This document shows, in pieces, positions 48,226 to 57,969 of a stretch of 64,000 nt of DNA. Position numbers and translations under genes: made by a program. Source of the stretch: Candidatus Kerfeldbacteria bacterium (GTDB lineage: Bacteria > Patescibacteriota > Patescibacteriia > UBA10025 > JAHIVO01); assembly GCA_016214565.1 (NCBI GenBank), contig JACROE010000002.1, positions 920,007 through 984,006 of the forward strand. The letters run 5' to 3'. The notes under the pieces were generated by a model. The model was not told where the DNA came from and made no database searches. It saw only the letters and a program-made list of their open reading frames with translations. Every line of letters starts with the position of its first letter. Within the stretch, counting starts at the first letter, position 1.

Positions 48226-50052
48226 ATGAGTTTTTTGAAATTACAAAAAATTTCTCGTTTGATCCGCTATTGGATCCTCATGATGACTACCGAGGCTCAA
48301 TCGGGGCACCCGTCATCATCGTTATCAGCTGTTGAGCTGATGGTTGGGCTGTTATTTGGTGGCGTATTTCGTTTTGACGTTACACACCCAAATGACCCAC
48401 ATAATGACCGGCTTATATTTTCAAAAGGACACGCATCGCCACTTTTTTATGCGTTATGGGTTGCTGCTGGAGCAATCCAGCCGTCTCAGCTACGGGCATA
48501 TCGTAGTTTTTCTAGTTCGCTCGAAGGGCACCCTACCAGACGATTCGCTTTTACTGAATTACCAACGGGTTCGCTCGGCCAGGGACTTTCGATGGGTGTA
48601 GGCATGGCGCTACAAGCGCGTCTCACGCGAGCACGCTATCGTACGTTTGTGTTGCTTGGCGATAGTGAAATGGCTGAAGGGGCAAACTGGGAAGCAATTC
48701 AGCTGGCAGCGCATTATCATTTGGATTCTTTAATCGGCATTATTGATATTAATCGTCTTGGACAACGTGGGGAAACAATGTATGGCCATCGTTTGGTTGA
48801 ATATGAACGGCGGATTCGCGCCTTCGGATGGCATACGATGAGCGTGGACGGACACGACCTACGCGCGGTACGGCGGACCTTTGCTCAATTGAAGCAGGGG
48901 ACCGGCCGGCCAACAATGATATTGGCAAAAACAGTAAAAGGAAAAGGTGTTGCTTTCCTCGAAAATAAAAATAATTGGCACGGCAAAGCTTTGTATCCGC
49001 AGCAATTTGCCGATCTACTCCCTTCATTTGCTCAGCTGGATCAGTCAGTACGAGGAAAAATTTTGATGCCAAAAAAATCTAAAACGCACCGTCCTCTTAA
49101 AAAGGTTTTACATAAGCAATTGACGAAACAAAAAATTGATTCTGTGCGTGAGGCGCTGGGTGTTGCTGCAGCGCAATTAGGTACGGTTTTCCCCGAGCTT
49201 GTTGTGCTTGATGCCGAGGTAAGCAATTCTACGAAAATGAACTATTTCCAAAAAGCTTTTCCTGATCGTTTTTTTGAAATGTTTATTGCCGAGCAAAACA
49301 TGGTCGGCGTGGCACTTGGAATGGCGCGTCGAGGATTACACCCCATAGTTTCGACGTTTGGTGCTTTTTTGTTGCGTGCAGCAGATCAGATACGTATGAG
49401 TCAATATGCGAAAGTACCGATTATGTATATAGGATCGCACCCCGGTGTCACCATCGGTAAGGATGGGTATTCCCAGATGGCGCTTGAAGATATTGCTTTT
49501 TTTAGGTCTTTGCGGACGTCGGTGGTTTTGTATCCCGCTGATGCACCTTCTGCACAGAAATTACTGCGTGAGGGGTTAAAAGAAAAAGGTATTGTTTATA
49601 TTCGATCAACGCGCAACGCGACTCCGCAGCTTTACCGATCATCTGATCGGTTTGTCGTCGGAGGATCGCATACGCTTCGCCGGAGCAAGCGGGATAGAGT
49701 TAGTATTGTGAGCGCAGGCATTACACTGCATCAAGCACTCGCAGCCGCTGATGCATTAAAGGCAGATGGAATTTTTGTTCGCATCATCGACGCGTATAGC
49801 ATCAAACCGCTAGACGTTGCTACGCTCAGGCGGGCGCTGGGTGAAACACGTGGGATGGTCGTAGTGGAAGATCATTATCAGGCAGGCGGGATAGGAGAAG
49901 CAGTGCGGAGTGAGCTGTATGGTTCAGTCAAACCTATTATTTCGCTTTGTGTGCGCCAGGAACCACGTAGTGGCAAACCGGATCAACTTTTGGCTTATGA
50001 AAAGATCGGAAAACATGCTATTATGCAAGCAGTGAAGCGAATTTTAAAATAG
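48226..50052 (+). CDS. tkt: Transketolase
   Basis: SGHPSS, FSKGHA, GSLGQG, GDSE..EG and IAEQNM motifs. Confidence 0.93.
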   Translation: MSFLKLQKISRLIRYWILMMTTEAQSGHPSSSLSAVELMVGLLFGGVFRFDVTHPNDPHNDRLIFSKGHASPLFYALWVAAGAIQPSQLRAYRSFSSSLEGHPTRRFAFTELPTGSLGQGLSMGVGMALQARLTRARYRTFVLLGDSEMAEGANWEAIQLAAHYHLDSLIGIIDINRLGQRGETMYGHRLVEYERRIRAFGWHTMSVDGHDLRAVRRTFAQLKQGTGRPTMILAKTVKGKGVAFLENKNNWHGKALYPQQFADLLPSFAQLDQSVRGKILMPKKSKTHRPLKKVLHKQLTKQKIDSVREALGVAAAQLGTVFPELVVLDAEVSNSTKMNYFQKAFPDRFFEMFIAEQNMVGVALGMARRGLHPIVSTFGAFLLRAADQIRMSQYAKVPIMYIGSHPGVTIGKDGYSQMALEDIAFFRSLRTSVVLYPADAPSAQKLLREGLKEKGIVYIRSTRNATPQLYRSSDRFVVGGSHTLRRSKRDRVSIVSAGITLHQALAAADALKADGIFVRIIDAYSIKPLDVATLRRALGETRGMVVVEDHYQAGGIGEAVRSELYGSVKPIISLCVRQEPRSGKPDQLLAYEKIGKHAIMQAVKRILK

Positions 50053-50058
50053 GACTGT

Positions 50059-51045
50059 ATGTTTGATGTCACGACAATTGGTTCTGCCACCCAAGACATT
50101 TATGTCTTCAGTAGGCAGTTTCACTTTCATGAAGACCCGCGCAGAAAAAGCGGATTGATCGAGTGGTTTGCTTTTGGCACAAAAATTGAGCTTGACGACA
50201 TTGTATTTGAAGTCGGCGGGGGAGCGACGAATGCCGCATATACATTTAAAAACCAAGGATTAAAAACGGCTTGCGTCGCACGCATTGGAAATGATGGCGC
50301 TGGTTTTGATGTGCAGCGTTCACTGAAGCAGGCTGGCATTACTGATCATCTTTTGGTCGATCGCCGCCTGCGTACTGGTAGTGGCGTTATCTTTTTAGGT
50401 CGAACGGGCGAGCGAACGATTCTTGTCTATCGCGGAGCAACAAAAAACTTCAAAGCGGACGATATAAAAAAATCGTGGCTCACACATACCCGTTGGGTAT
50501 ATATTACTTCTTTAGGAGGCGACATAGTTGCCCTTGAGCGTGTCGTTCGTTTGGCCCATTCGCATTCAGTAAAAATCAGTTTTAATCCGGGAAAGCGCGA
50601 AATTGATGCGCATCCTGGACGGGTACAGCGTTTGCTGCGCCATTGCACGGTGGTGCAGCTTAATCGAGAAGAAGCCGCTGCACTGACAGGGCGTGCGTAT
50701 GCGAATATTCGGGGAATGTTTCGACAATTACGCGAATGGACGCCCGGTATTATTTTAATTACTGAGGGCGATCGTGGCGCTTATTACTCGGTGGACAACA
50801 CCGCCTGGCGTGTTATACTAAACGCAATACCGGGAAAGGATATGACAGGCGCAGGCGATGCATTTGGTTCAGGGTTTGTGGCTGGTCTGATCCGTTTCAA
50901 AGGCGATGTCACGCGGGCTCTCCGGCTAGCGCTCAATAACGCGGCGTCTACTATTAAACAGATTGGCGCAAAGAACGGATTGCTGAAGCGGAACGATCGG
51001 TTGAATCATGTGACTTATACAACGAAACAAGTAATTAATTTATAA
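50059..51045 (+). CDS. PfkB-family carbohydrate kinase
   Basis: GGGATN and DMTGAGDAFGSG motifs. Confidence 0.92.
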   Translation: MFDVTTIGSATQDIYVFSRQFHFHEDPRRKSGLIEWFAFGTKIELDDIVFEVGGGATNAAYTFKNQGLKTACVARIGNDGAGFDVQRSLKQAGITDHLLVDRRLRTGSGVIFLGRTGERTILVYRGATKNFKADDIKKSWLTHTRWVYITSLGGDIVALERVVRLAHSHSVKISFNPGKREIDAHPGRVQRLLRHCTVVQLNREEAAALTGRAYANIRGMFRQLREWTPGIILITEGDRGAYYSVDNTAWRVILNAIPGKDMTGAGDAFGSGFVAGLIRFKGDVTRALRLALNNAASTIKQIGAKNGLLKRNDRLNHVTYTTKQVINL

Positions 51046-51060
51046 GAATGACAAATCATT

Positions 51061-51477
51061 ATGAATAATAAAACGCTCGCGCTTGTCCTTATAATTTTAG
51101 TTATTGTGGTAGGCGGATTCATTGCCTGGTACTTATTGCAAAATGATGAATCTGCGACAACAAATTTAAATAATGCGGTCAGTACCGTGGCTAACCGTCA
51201 ACGACCTCCCGAGAGCACCGTTTGGATCATTGATGGCAATTTCAGCCCTTCAGTGATCACAATACGTTCTGGCGAATCCGTTACATGGGTCAATCAGGAT
51301 GAGACCGCCCGTCAGGTAAGTTCTATGGCTGTGGGCGATTCGAGCGCCGGAAGTTTATTTAAATCAGAAGAATTGACGACGGATGAGTCATTCACCCATA
51401 CGTTTGATACTGCCGGTACTTGGAGTTATTATGATGAACTTAACCCTATTAAGAGCGGGCAGGTTATCGTCGAATAA
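51061..51477 (+). CDS. Membrane-anchored cupredoxin-fold protein
   Basis: FSPSVITIRSGESVTWVN and FTHTFDTAGTWSY motifs. Confidence 0.8.
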   Translation: MNNKTLALVLIILVIVVGGFIAWYLLQNDESATTNLNNAVSTVANRQRPPESTVWIIDGNFSPSVITIRSGESVTWVNQDETARQVSSMAVGDSSAGSLFKSEELTTDESFTHTFDTAGTWSYYDELNPIKSGQVIVE

Positions 51478-51489
51478 TACATCAATTAC

Positions 51490-51532
51490 AAACTCGTCTG
51501 TCACGGATTTTCTGTCGGGGCAGACGAGTTTT
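51490..51532 (+). terminator. Terminator of the pentose phosphate operon
   Basis: AAACTCGTCTG / CAGACGAGTTT. Confidence 0.75.
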
Positions 51533-51540
51533 TGTATCGT

Positions 51541-53055
51541 ATGCTGCCACTAAGTATATCATTATCAGAATACCGTCAGTATCGCATCCTGGAATATATT
51601 CCGGGTGTGATGGTTTGGATCACAATTCTAGGCGCGCTGGCACTGTCATTGATTCAGCCGATTTGGGCGATTTATTTTATTATTGTGTTTGACCTTTATT
51701 GGTTAGTGCGAATCCTGTATATGATATTTTTTGTTGTACATTCGTTTCGTAAATATCGACAAGCGATTCGTATTGACTGGCTTGATCGAGTGCAGCGTCA
51801 TGCCCATTGGCAAGATTACTATCATGCCATATTTATTCCCACGTACCAGGAGCCCCTTGAGGTGCTTGAGTCGACCTTTGCTGGATTAATAAGAAGCGAT
51901 TACCCGTTGGATAAATTTATCGTTATTTTATGTGGAGAAGAAAAGGATAAGGACAATTTTTCTCAGGTCGCCCATGCAATTGAGGATCGCTATGGGCAGC
52001 GCTTTTTCCGATTTATGGTGACAGTACATCCGAGCGGACTACCCGGTGAGATAGCTGGTAAGGGGTCAAATATTGCCTGGGCGGGGGAGCGGCTTCGTGA
52101 ATATGTCGATTCCATTGGGCTGCCCTATGAACAGGTCATCGTGTCGTCGTTTGATAGTGATACGGTTGTGCATGAGCATTATTTCGCTCATTTGACCGAT
52201 ACCTATCTCTCACATCCAAATCCAACGCGGGCCAGCTATCAGCCTTTAGCGCTTTTTAATAATAATATATGGGACTCTCCCGCTTTGACTCGAGTAATTG
52301 CGTATAGCACATCATTTTGGCTCATGGGTGAGCAAAGCCGGCCCGAACGAATGTTCACGTTTTCATCGCACAGCATGAGTCTAAAAGCACTGGTCGATGT
52401 AGGTTTTTGGCAGAGTGATATTGTAACTGAAGATTCGCGCATTTGCCTCCAATGCTATATGGAATATGATGGTAAATACGAAGTGGTACCGCTGCATATT
52501 CCGGTATCGATGGATGTCGTGCTTGGTCGTACATTTTGGCAGTCACTAAAAAACCAATATATCCAACAACGCCGCTGGGCGTATGGCGTGGAAAATTTTC
52601 CATATATGGTGTGGAATTTCGGAAGAAACAAAAGCATGCCGTTCGTCCAAAAATTCCGATATATTTTTAATCAGCTTGAAGGAGTATATTCTTGGGCGAC
52701 CGCCCCGATACTTATTTTCATTATGGGTAATTTGCCAATATGGCTGGCGAATCAGCGTGAATACCCGGATTTACTTTCACAATCAGCCCCCCATATTTTG
52801 CAGTGGTTAATGACAGCCGCGATGCTTGGATTGCTCACCCAAGCAGTATTGGGGGCGACGTTACTACCTAAACGCCCTTCCCGCCATAACCGCTGGAAGT
52901 ATATTTTTATGGTAGCGCAGTGGGCGCTGATCCCGATCACCTTGATTGGTTGGGGAGCGGTGCCCGCTATCGATGCTCAGACTCGGCTACTCCTCGGGAA
53001 GTATTTGGGGTTTGATGTAACTCAAAAAGTCCGCAAAAACGCGTCGTCATCCTAA
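51541..53055 (+). CDS. Membrane-integral GT2 glycosyltransferase
   Basis: PTYQE, GKGSN, DSD, TEDS and QQRRW motifs. Confidence 0.88.
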   Translation: MLPLSISLSEYRQYRILEYIPGVMVWITILGALALSLIQPIWAIYFIIVFDLYWLVRILYMIFFVVHSFRKYRQAIRIDWLDRVQRHAHWQDYYHAIFIPTYQEPLEVLESTFAGLIRSDYPLDKFIVILCGEEKDKDNFSQVAHAIEDRYGQRFFRFMVTVHPSGLPGEIAGKGSNIAWAGERLREYVDSIGLPYEQVIVSSFDSDTVVHEHYFAHLTDTYLSHPNPTRASYQPLALFNNNIWDSPALTRVIAYSTSFWLMGEQSRPERMFTFSSHSMSLKALVDVGFWQSDIVTEDSRICLQCYMEYDGKYEVVPLHIPVSMDVVLGRTFWQSLKNQYIQQRRWAYGVENFPYMVWNFGRNKSMPFVQKFRYIFNQLEGVYSWATAPILIFIMGNLPIWLANQREYPDLLSQSAPHILQWLMTAAMLGLLTQAVLGATLLPKRPSRHNRWKYIFMVAQWALIPITLIGWGAVPAIDAQTRLLLGKYLGFDVTQKVRKNASSS

Positions 53056-54000
53056 CTGAGCGCCATCAATGTTAGCCGCTCCTGCCAGGAATGCTTCTGC
53101 AGACTGACTTTTTTTACCTTCTCGTTGTATTTCGTCAATTACCAAAGCGCCATTTCCTGTCCCAACGATTAACTGTTTTCCTTTGCGCTTGACTCTTCCG
53201 GCAATTGTTTCTTCAAAATTATCAGCAATATGGGCTTTTTTAATAATTAATCGAATCGCCTTCCAAAAGGTGTAAACTCCCGGCCATGGCGTGTAGGCTC
53301 TGATTTGTCGTTCAATATGTGTCGCGCTGGTTTGCCAATCAATACTTCCATCCGAGGTCTGGATTGGCCTCGTCATTGATGTATTGGAGCTTGGCTGTGC
53401 CTGGGCTGGTAAATCACCCTGAAGATAGGGGATTAGTGATTGTTGAAGCAATGTCGCGCCACGAGTCGATAAAGTGTCGTGCAATTCGCTAATTGTTGTT
53501 TGAGAAGAAATTGGTGTTTTTAGCTGGGCAATAATTGGACCTGTATCGAGGCCGGCGTCCAATTGCATAAGAGTAACCCCTGTTTCCGTGTCGCCATGTA
53601 CTATAGCCGCTTGCATCGGAGAAGCGCCGCGGTAGGCAGGAAGCAACGAAGCGTGAATATTTACCCATCCGTATGTGGGAATTTTCAAAACTTCAGGGGG
53701 AATAATTTTCCCGTATGCCACGACAATCCCGATATCCGGCTTGTACTTCAGTATAGCGTCAAAAATTTTTGTACTTCGAAGCGACCCTGGTTGAAGCACA
53801 GGGAGTGCGTAGACGTTGGCCTGCTGTTTGATGGGTGAAGCAGTTACCGTTTGCTTTCTTCCCACTGGTTTGTCGGGTTGGGTGATGACCGCCTGAAGCT
53901 GTATCTCCGGCATGCCATGCAGAACATTTAGTACAGGCACGGCAAATTCTGGAGTTCCGGCAAAAATCGCGCTATAAGTTTTCACTCGGTTCTGCTTCAT
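53047..54000 (-). CDS. fmt: Methionyl-tRNA formyltransferase
   Basis: FAGTPEF, TQPDKP and NIHASLLP.YRGASP motifs. Confidence 0.95.
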   Translation of the reverse strand: MKQNRVKTYSAIFAGTPEFAVPVLNVLHGMPEIQLQAVITQPDKPVGRKQTVTASPIKQQANVYALPVLQPGSLRSTKIFDAILKYKPDIGIVVAYGKIIPPEVLKIPTYGWVNIHASLLPAYRGASPMQAAIVHGDTETGVTLMQLDAGLDTGPIIAQLKTPISSQTTISELHDTLSTRGATLLQQSLIPYLQGDLPAQAQPSSNTSMTRPIQTSDGSIDWQTSATHIERQIRAYTPWPGVYTFWKAIRLIIKKAHIADNFEETIAGRVKRKGKQLIVGTGNGALVIDEIQREGKKSQSAEAFLAGAANIDGAQLG

Positions 54001-54457
54001 TGCCAGTCATTATTTTTTTGGTACGGTCAATAAAAAGTATGCCATTGATATGGTCTATTTCGTGCTGGAGTACTCGAGCAAATAGGCCGGACGCTTTTAC
54101 GGTAACCAGATGTGCGTTTTCTTGGTAGGCTTTTACGGTAATGGTTTTATGCCGTTTGACTATTCCATACAATCCGGGAATGGACAAACAACCCTCTTCG
54201 CCTTCTTCTTTGCGAAACGACTTCTTTATAATTTCAGGATTAAATAATTTCAGTGCACCATCCTTTGTGCTGACGACAATAAGGCATATTGACCGGTCTA
54301 CCTGGGGAGCGGCTAAGCCGATTCCGTTGGCATGATACATGGTAGTGACCATGTCGTCGGCGAATTTCCTGAGGGAAGGGATCTCCTCAATGGGAATACG
54401 GGCCGCTTTTTTTCGCAGCGTTGGATGCGGATTCGTAATGATCGTTAGCTTTGCCAT
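53972..54457 (-). CDS. def: Peptide deformylase
   Basis: GIGLAAPQ, EGCLS and QHEIDH motifs. Confidence 0.96.
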   Translation of the reverse strand: MAKLTIITNPHPTLRKKAARIPIEEIPSLRKFADDMVTTMYHANGIGLAAPQVDRSICLIVVSTKDGALKLFNPEIIKKSFRKEEGEEGCLSIPGLYGIVKRHKTITVKAYQENAHLVTVKASGLFARVLQHEIDHINGILFIDRTKKIMTGNEAEPSENL

Positions 54458-54508
54458 AGGTAATAAATCGAACGTAGTATAGCCTGATGTGGGGCGACTG
54501 TAAAGAGG

Positions 54509-56380
54509 CTAGAGCAGAGAGCTTGGGTCGCGGTCAATAATCCAATTGTCCGGTATTGCGTTTAGGACGGTATCGACCACTGGGTGAGGCGCGTCCGTGT
54601 CGAACCTGATCACTACATACATCTGCCAAAAAGCATGTTGATACGGTTTGAGTGGCGTGACAAGCGATACACTGAGGGGAAGCTGGTTAAGCTGACGATA
54701 CAGTCGCTGAGCCTCGCTCAGCGCTACTTTTTTGTCACGATGTTTATATATTAATTTGATAAGTGAGCCAAACGGGGGGTATCCCAGTTTTTTACGAGCC
54801 TCCAGCTCAGTCGTATAAAATTCGTTATCAGCGTGGTTAATTATTTTTTGAAATACAAAATGTTCGTGATTATAAGTTTGAATGATACATGTAGCCGGGT
54901 ATTGAATAAGAGATTTAATAAATTGCCACGTTCGTTCCACAGCACGGTAGTCCGGCAAATATAAAAAAGTGTCGGCATCAATAATACCAATTAAGGTGGG
55001 TGTAAAGTTCGGAATAAGCCTGGCGGTGCTACTAGTCCCTATGAGTATGTCAATTCCCTTTGTATCTTCGAGTATTTCACTGTCAGCGTCTACACGGACG
55101 ACCCGTGCCAAGGGGAACTTTTTCTTAATGTGTGTTTCCACCGATTGCGTTCCATAACCGACTGTTTTCAGATTCGTGCCACGGCAGGTGCTGCAAAAAG
55201 GTGGAATCTCGGCTCGTTTGAGACAGTGGTGGCAATACAATTCTTGCGATTTCTCGTGATAGGTGTAGGCATTTGAGCAAACGGGGCATCGGAGCGTGGT
55301 GCCGCAGTCTTGGCACATCATTGCATTAGCAGATCCTCGCTTGTTGATGATAAGTAATATTTTACAATGAGATGATAATGATTGAGAAATTGATTCTTCA
55401 AGTTTTTCCGAAAGCATTGAATAATTTTTTCGCTTGCGCTCATCTCGCATGTCGACTAGTTCAATAGGGGCAGGCCGACGTTCTGAGTTTTTGAGATAAA
55501 AATGATCGGATCGTGGCGTTTGATAAAATGCAGCAACTTGGGGGGCGGGTGATACGAATACAAGCTGAGTCTGATATATGTCTCTACATTTTTCGGCAAG
55601 TGTTCGAACGTCATAACGAGGATTTTGATCAGCCTGTTTGTGATTTTGATTTTCTTCTTCATCAATGATAATTCGATGAAGTGAGTGCAATGGTAAAAAA
55701 ATGGCTGATTTGGTCCCGATAATAATTGCGTTAGAGTTATTCTTTATTTGCTCCCAAATACGAAAGAGTTCGTTATTGCTTAATAAGCCATGTACAACTA
55801 TGCAATCATCATGCCTGTCAGCAGGGAGCATAGAGAGTAATTCATTTATTTTTTCTCGGGTAGGAACGATGATAAGTTGCAAGCCTTTTTTTTCGGAAAA
55901 TATTTTGCAATACAAAGATTGGTACTCCTTATACGACTGGGGCATAATTAACAGCGTGCTTTCCCGTGAGGCTAATGCGCGGGTCAGAGCAGGTGATAAT
56001 GGCATTGTTGGAACTGGGCGTGGAATAATAATCAATTTTTTTGAAACCGAATGTCGTTGCGGGGGGAGTGGCGGCAGCATTGATTTTACGATTGTGCCGA
56101 GTGAAATAGAATAGTACTGAGCCATCCAATCCGCCAAAGTAATCTGTTCTTTGCTTAAAACCGCTGTATTCGTAATGACGTCAATAATAGATTTGATATG
56201 TTTTCCCTCGATACCACGTTTTTTTAATCGAATAACAATCCCTTCGCGGGTTTGTGAACGAAATGGTATTCGAACCATACTCCCGGAAACAATACGATGC
56301 TCAAGTGACGGAGGTATAGTGTAGTCAAAAATTCCCAAGTGCTTGGGAAATCGTTGTGACAAAATTACTTCGGCATACAT
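54509..56380 (-). CDS. priA: Primosomal protein N' (degenerate helicase motifs)
   Basis: 3'-binding domain FDY...VRIPF; four CxxC motifs; YPPF. Confidence 0.9.
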   Translation of the reverse strand: MYAEVILSQRFPKHLGIFDYTIPPSLEHRIVSGSMVRIPFRSQTREGIVIRLKKRGIEGKHIKSIIDVITNTAVLSKEQITLADWMAQYYSISLGTIVKSMLPPLPPQRHSVSKKLIIIPRPVPTMPLSPALTRALASRESTLLIMPQSYKEYQSLYCKIFSEKKGLQLIIVPTREKINELLSMLPADRHDDCIVVHGLLSNNELFRIWEQIKNNSNAIIIGTKSAIFLPLHSLHRIIIDEEENQNHKQADQNPRYDVRTLAEKCRDIYQTQLVFVSPAPQVAAFYQTPRSDHFYLKNSERRPAPIELVDMRDERKRKNYSMLSEKLEESISQSLSSHCKILLIINKRGSANAMMCQDCGTTLRCPVCSNAYTYHEKSQELYCHHCLKRAEIPPFCSTCRGTNLKTVGYGTQSVETHIKKKFPLARVVRVDADSEILEDTKGIDILIGTSSTARLIPNFTPTLIGIIDADTFLYLPDYRAVERTWQFIKSLIQYPATCIIQTYNHEHFVFQKIINHADNEFYTTELEARKKLGYPPFGSLIKLIYKHRDKKVALSEAQRLYRQLNQLPLSVSLVTPLKPYQHAFWQMYVVIRFDTDAPHPVVDTVLNAIPDNWIIDRDPSSLL

Positions 56381-56470
56381 ATGAGTATATTGTACCATGC
56401 AACGTAACTATCAAAAAGCGCCCAAATTCGCGGTTGGACGCTCGTGTAATCGTAATGAATACGTCTGAAA

Positions 56471-57163
56471 TTAAAGGTTTTTAAGCAAGGCTCTAGAAAA
56501 AGTGTACTCTGGCTGAATTAATCGAGCAGGCATCGGCACGTGCAGTTTAACGTGAAGCCAATTAGCTAATGAATTTAAGGCTACATAGCTGACCGCGGTG
56601 CCTGCCGTAAATATCATACGCTCTATAAAGACAATAGGAATTAAAGCAATCCAAACCTCGGCTGAGAGGTTTAATGCGTATAGGAAGGTAACGCCTCCAA
56701 TCGCATGGGCGGTAAATGTTGCGCCCAAACTGTTTAATACCAGGCTTCGTTTTGCAAAAATTGCAACGACAGGAATCAGCCAATACAATGCATAGTACCA
56801 GGCTTGGCGCCCTTCGGGGTGCATGATAAAGAGTGCCATGCAGATAAGCGGAATGAGAGCGATAATGAATTTTGATCGTCGGGCACCGAAATACAGTGCA
56901 GCCATGGCTAGCGGAAATAATCGAATAATAGTAATGGTATCAAGTGCCTGGTTGGTGCTGAATGCGTGAACGAGCTTAACAATAATGACGGTCGCTGCGC
57001 CCCAGCCAGAACCAATAAACGCTCCAAGTGTGGGTGCCGTTAGATCAAAAAGTGTAAAATGCTGATTTCCAGTAGCAATGATTTGTGATACTGGCAAGCT
57101 CAAAAAAAGTAAACCAAGCGTGGCTCCCAGCAGAAGGGCGATAATTTTTTTTTGTAAAACCAT
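56471..57163 (-). CDS. Membrane protein resembling an ECF-transporter S component
   Basis: Six to seven TM segments; FTLFD..APTLGAFIG and TFTAHAIGG motifs. Confidence 0.55.
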   Translation of the reverse strand: MVLQKKIIALLLGATLGLLFLSLPVSQIIATGNQHFTLFDLTAPTLGAFIGSGWGAATVIIVKLVHAFSTNQALDTITIIRLFPLAMAALYFGARRSKFIIALIPLICMALFIMHPEGRQAWYYALYWLIPVVAIFAKRSLVLNSLGATFTAHAIGGVTFLYALNLSAEVWIALIPIVFIERMIFTAGTAVSYVALNSLANWLHVKLHVPMPARLIQPEYTFSRALLKNL

Positions 57164-57168
57164 AGTAA

Positions 57169-57966
57169 TTAAACTTTAAAATCAATAGTTAAATATCCCA
57201 CTCCCATCGGTGCTTCGTATGAGAGTACCTGTGGATGATACGATAAATTTCCCAAAATGCCAAGTAGCATGATAATCGGTTTTAAACCGCATTCACCCGC
57301 ATCATCGATAAACTCAGGTTCTAAGTTCAAAAGCGACTCAGTATCTCGGTTGAGCAAAGAAGTTCGAATTTTTTCATCAAATTTTTCCGCCCAATTTGAT
57401 TTCCCTCCTGGCGAGTCTTCACTCAAGCGATGTGATAGATCCCCTGAAGCAATTATTGCAATACGCTTTTGATCATTGAGTATGTCATCCCGTAGTGCGG
57501 AGGTGAATTGAAAGTGTTCGCGCAACGTTTTTTGACTGGGATAGCAGGGAACCAGTAATGGTTTTTTCTTTTTCTTTGGAAATTCATTATACATTAAATA
57601 GGTAGGGACACCGATTCCGTGATCAAGTGTTGGTTGGCTTTGGAGCATGACCGGTTGAGTAGATTCGACCAATTCTTTGTAATGATGAACATGGGCAATA
57701 TCACCAGAAACGGAAAGACGTGTTTCTAAATCACCGAACTCTTTGAATTGAATGTCGAAGGTGGGCGCCTGATTGAAAGTAAAAGCGTCGGGATTGATTT
57801 GTCCGTGTGGGGAAATGATTATGATTGTATCCGGTTTTGCCGCGGCAAGTTTTTTCCCCAGGTGCGAAATGTTGGCAATTGTTTCACTGATAAATCGCAC
57901 GTACTCACCTCCAATTTTTGGAATAGCGAGTGGCGGGTGGGGGGTAAGTGCAGCAAATACAATCAT
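57169..57966 (-). CDS. LigB/Memo-fold protein (AmmeMemoRadiSam protein B-like)
   Basis: PHPP, ISPH, LDHG, ASGDLSH, GECG and SYEAPMGVGY motifs. Confidence 0.85.
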   Translation of the reverse strand: MIVFAALTPHPPLAIPKIGGEYVRFISETIANISHLGKKLAAAKPDTIIIISPHGQINPDAFTFNQAPTFDIQFKEFGDLETRLSVSGDIAHVHHYKELVESTQPVMLQSQPTLDHGIGVPTYLMYNEFPKKKKKPLLVPCYPSQKTLREHFQFTSALRDDILNDQKRIAIIASGDLSHRLSEDSPGGKSNWAEKFDEKIRTSLLNRDTESLLNLEPEFIDDAGECGLKPIIMLLGILGNLSYHPQVLSYEAPMGVGYLTIDFKV

Positions 57967-57969
57967 GGA

